This document shows positions 63,237-64,000 of a stretch of DNA of 64,000 nucleotides, piece by piece (the first letter of the stretch is position 1; each line of letters starts with the position of its first letter). The DNA lies in NCBI GenBank assembly GCA_964609125.1, contig CAZSQX010000009.1:33887-97886 (forward strand). Direction: 5' to 3'. The notes beneath the pieces are model-generated. The model saw only the letters and a program-made list of their open reading frames with translations. It was not told the origin of the DNA and ran no database searches. A program made the position numbers and the translations under genes. The DNA comes from an uncultured bacterium. GTDB lineage: Bacteria > Eisenbacteria > RBG-16-71-46.

Positions 63237-64000
63237 GGGACGATCTGCGCGAGCGCGGACACGACCACGTCGGTGCCCCCCGCGGCCTTGATCGCGGGGA
63301 TCACCTGCGGCAGGGCGTCGCGCGGCACGGCCGCCTTCACGGCGAAGCTCCCGTTGCCGTACAGCGGGGAGACCGTTGGCCGGCGCATGCACGGCAGCAC
63401 CGCGACGACGCGATCGAGACACTCCGAGGACGCATTGACCTCGACCATCACGCGCCGCCGGGCCTCGAGCACGCTGGCGAGCACGAGCCTGAGGTCCTCG
63501 ATGCGCCGGCGCTTCGCGGGATGGGTCCATGCGGCCGGGCTTGCATACAGGCGCGTGGATGAGGTCATCACCGTGTCGAGGATCGTGAGCCCATTCGCCT
63601 GGAGGGTGGCCCCCGTCGCGGTGTTGTCGACGATGACATCCGCGTCCTCCGGCGGGAACACTTCCGTGGCGCCGTAGGAACGCACGCACTCCGCGTCGAG
63701 CCCGCGGCTGGCGATCCACGCCCGCGTCAGCTGCTCGTACTCGGAGGCGACCACGAGATGCCGCTCCGGGAGCCGGCCTTCGCGGAGCAGTGTGTCGGGC
63801 GCGGCCGCCACCACGCGGACGAGCTCGAGGCCGGTGTCGAGCACCTCCACCACGTCCGCGCGGAGTTCGGCCACCCAGTCCGCTCCGGCGAAGCCCACGT
63901 CGCGGCTGCCCAACATGAGCATCTCCACGATGTTCTGCGGCTTGAGGACCTTGGCCTCGGTTGCCTCGAGGCGCACGTGGGGCCGGTAGCCGCGGGCGGT
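63233..64000 (-). CDS. hisG: ATP phosphoribosyltransferase, long form with C-terminal regulatory domain (5' end beyond window)
   Basis: ...LMLGSRDVGFAGADWV...DVIVDNTATGATLQANGL... plus C-terminal ...NASSECLDRVVAVLPCMRRPTVSPLYGNGSFAVKAAV. The reading frame stays open to the window end. Confidence 0.85.
   Translation of the reverse strand, partial: TARGYRPHVRLEATEAKVLKPQNIVEMLMLGSRDVGFAGADWVAELRADVVEVLDTGLELVRVVAAAPDTLLREGRLPERHLVVASEYEQLTRAWIASRGLDAECVRSYGATEVFPPEDADVIVDNTATGATLQANGLTILDTVMTSSTRLYASPAAWTHPAKRRRIEDLRLVLASVLEARRRVMVEVNASSECLDRVVAVLPCMRRPTVSPLYGNGSFAVKAAVPRDALPQVIPAIKAAGGTDVVVSALAQIVP

Overview
This is a high-GC (~70%) bacterial chromosomal segment carrying mostly core-genome genes, with about 60 genes packed closely on both strands. 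The organism is probably a Gemmatimonadota-like lineage. That guess rests only on the T9SS-type C-terminal domain, the HprK + RpoN + mannose-family PTS arrangement and the GC content.

Main blocks, in order:
- A partial acyl-CoA dehydrogenase, a BtuF-like binding protein and the membrane H+-pyrophosphatase gene hppA.
- A secreted alpha/beta-hydrolase with a T9SS-like C-terminal domain, a GH1 beta-glucosidase and two tandem DinB-family genes.
- ahcY, a VapBC-like toxin-antitoxin pair, an ABM-domain gene, an epimerase, metK and pgi/pmi.
- A complete regulatory PTS/sigma-54 cluster: lptC-like, lptB, rpoN, hpf, hprK, EIIA/IIB/IIC/IID of the mannose family, ptsH and ptsI.
- A co-directional insert (about 25.7-32.9 kb) between that cluster and the KDO genes. 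It holds a glycosidase-like lipoprotein, a TPR lipoprotein and a thioredoxin-TPR protein with an in-frame TGA at the first Cys of its redox motif (a selenoprotein candidate). It also holds an ArsR-rhodanese regulator, a DsrE-like gene and a sulfide:quinone oxidoreductase.
- kdsD, kdsC, kdsA, pyrG, kdsB, mdh, rpmA and rplU.
- RNase G next to a fused radical-SAM/DUF2344 gene.
- sdhCAB.
- A histidine operon (hisG-hisC-hisB-hisHF-hisAIE-hisD) with three gene fusions.

Two genes look frameshifted: a TPR exported protein and a third DinB-family copy. One gene is an N-terminally truncated GrpB remnant. No rRNA, tRNA, CRISPR array or transposase is evident.
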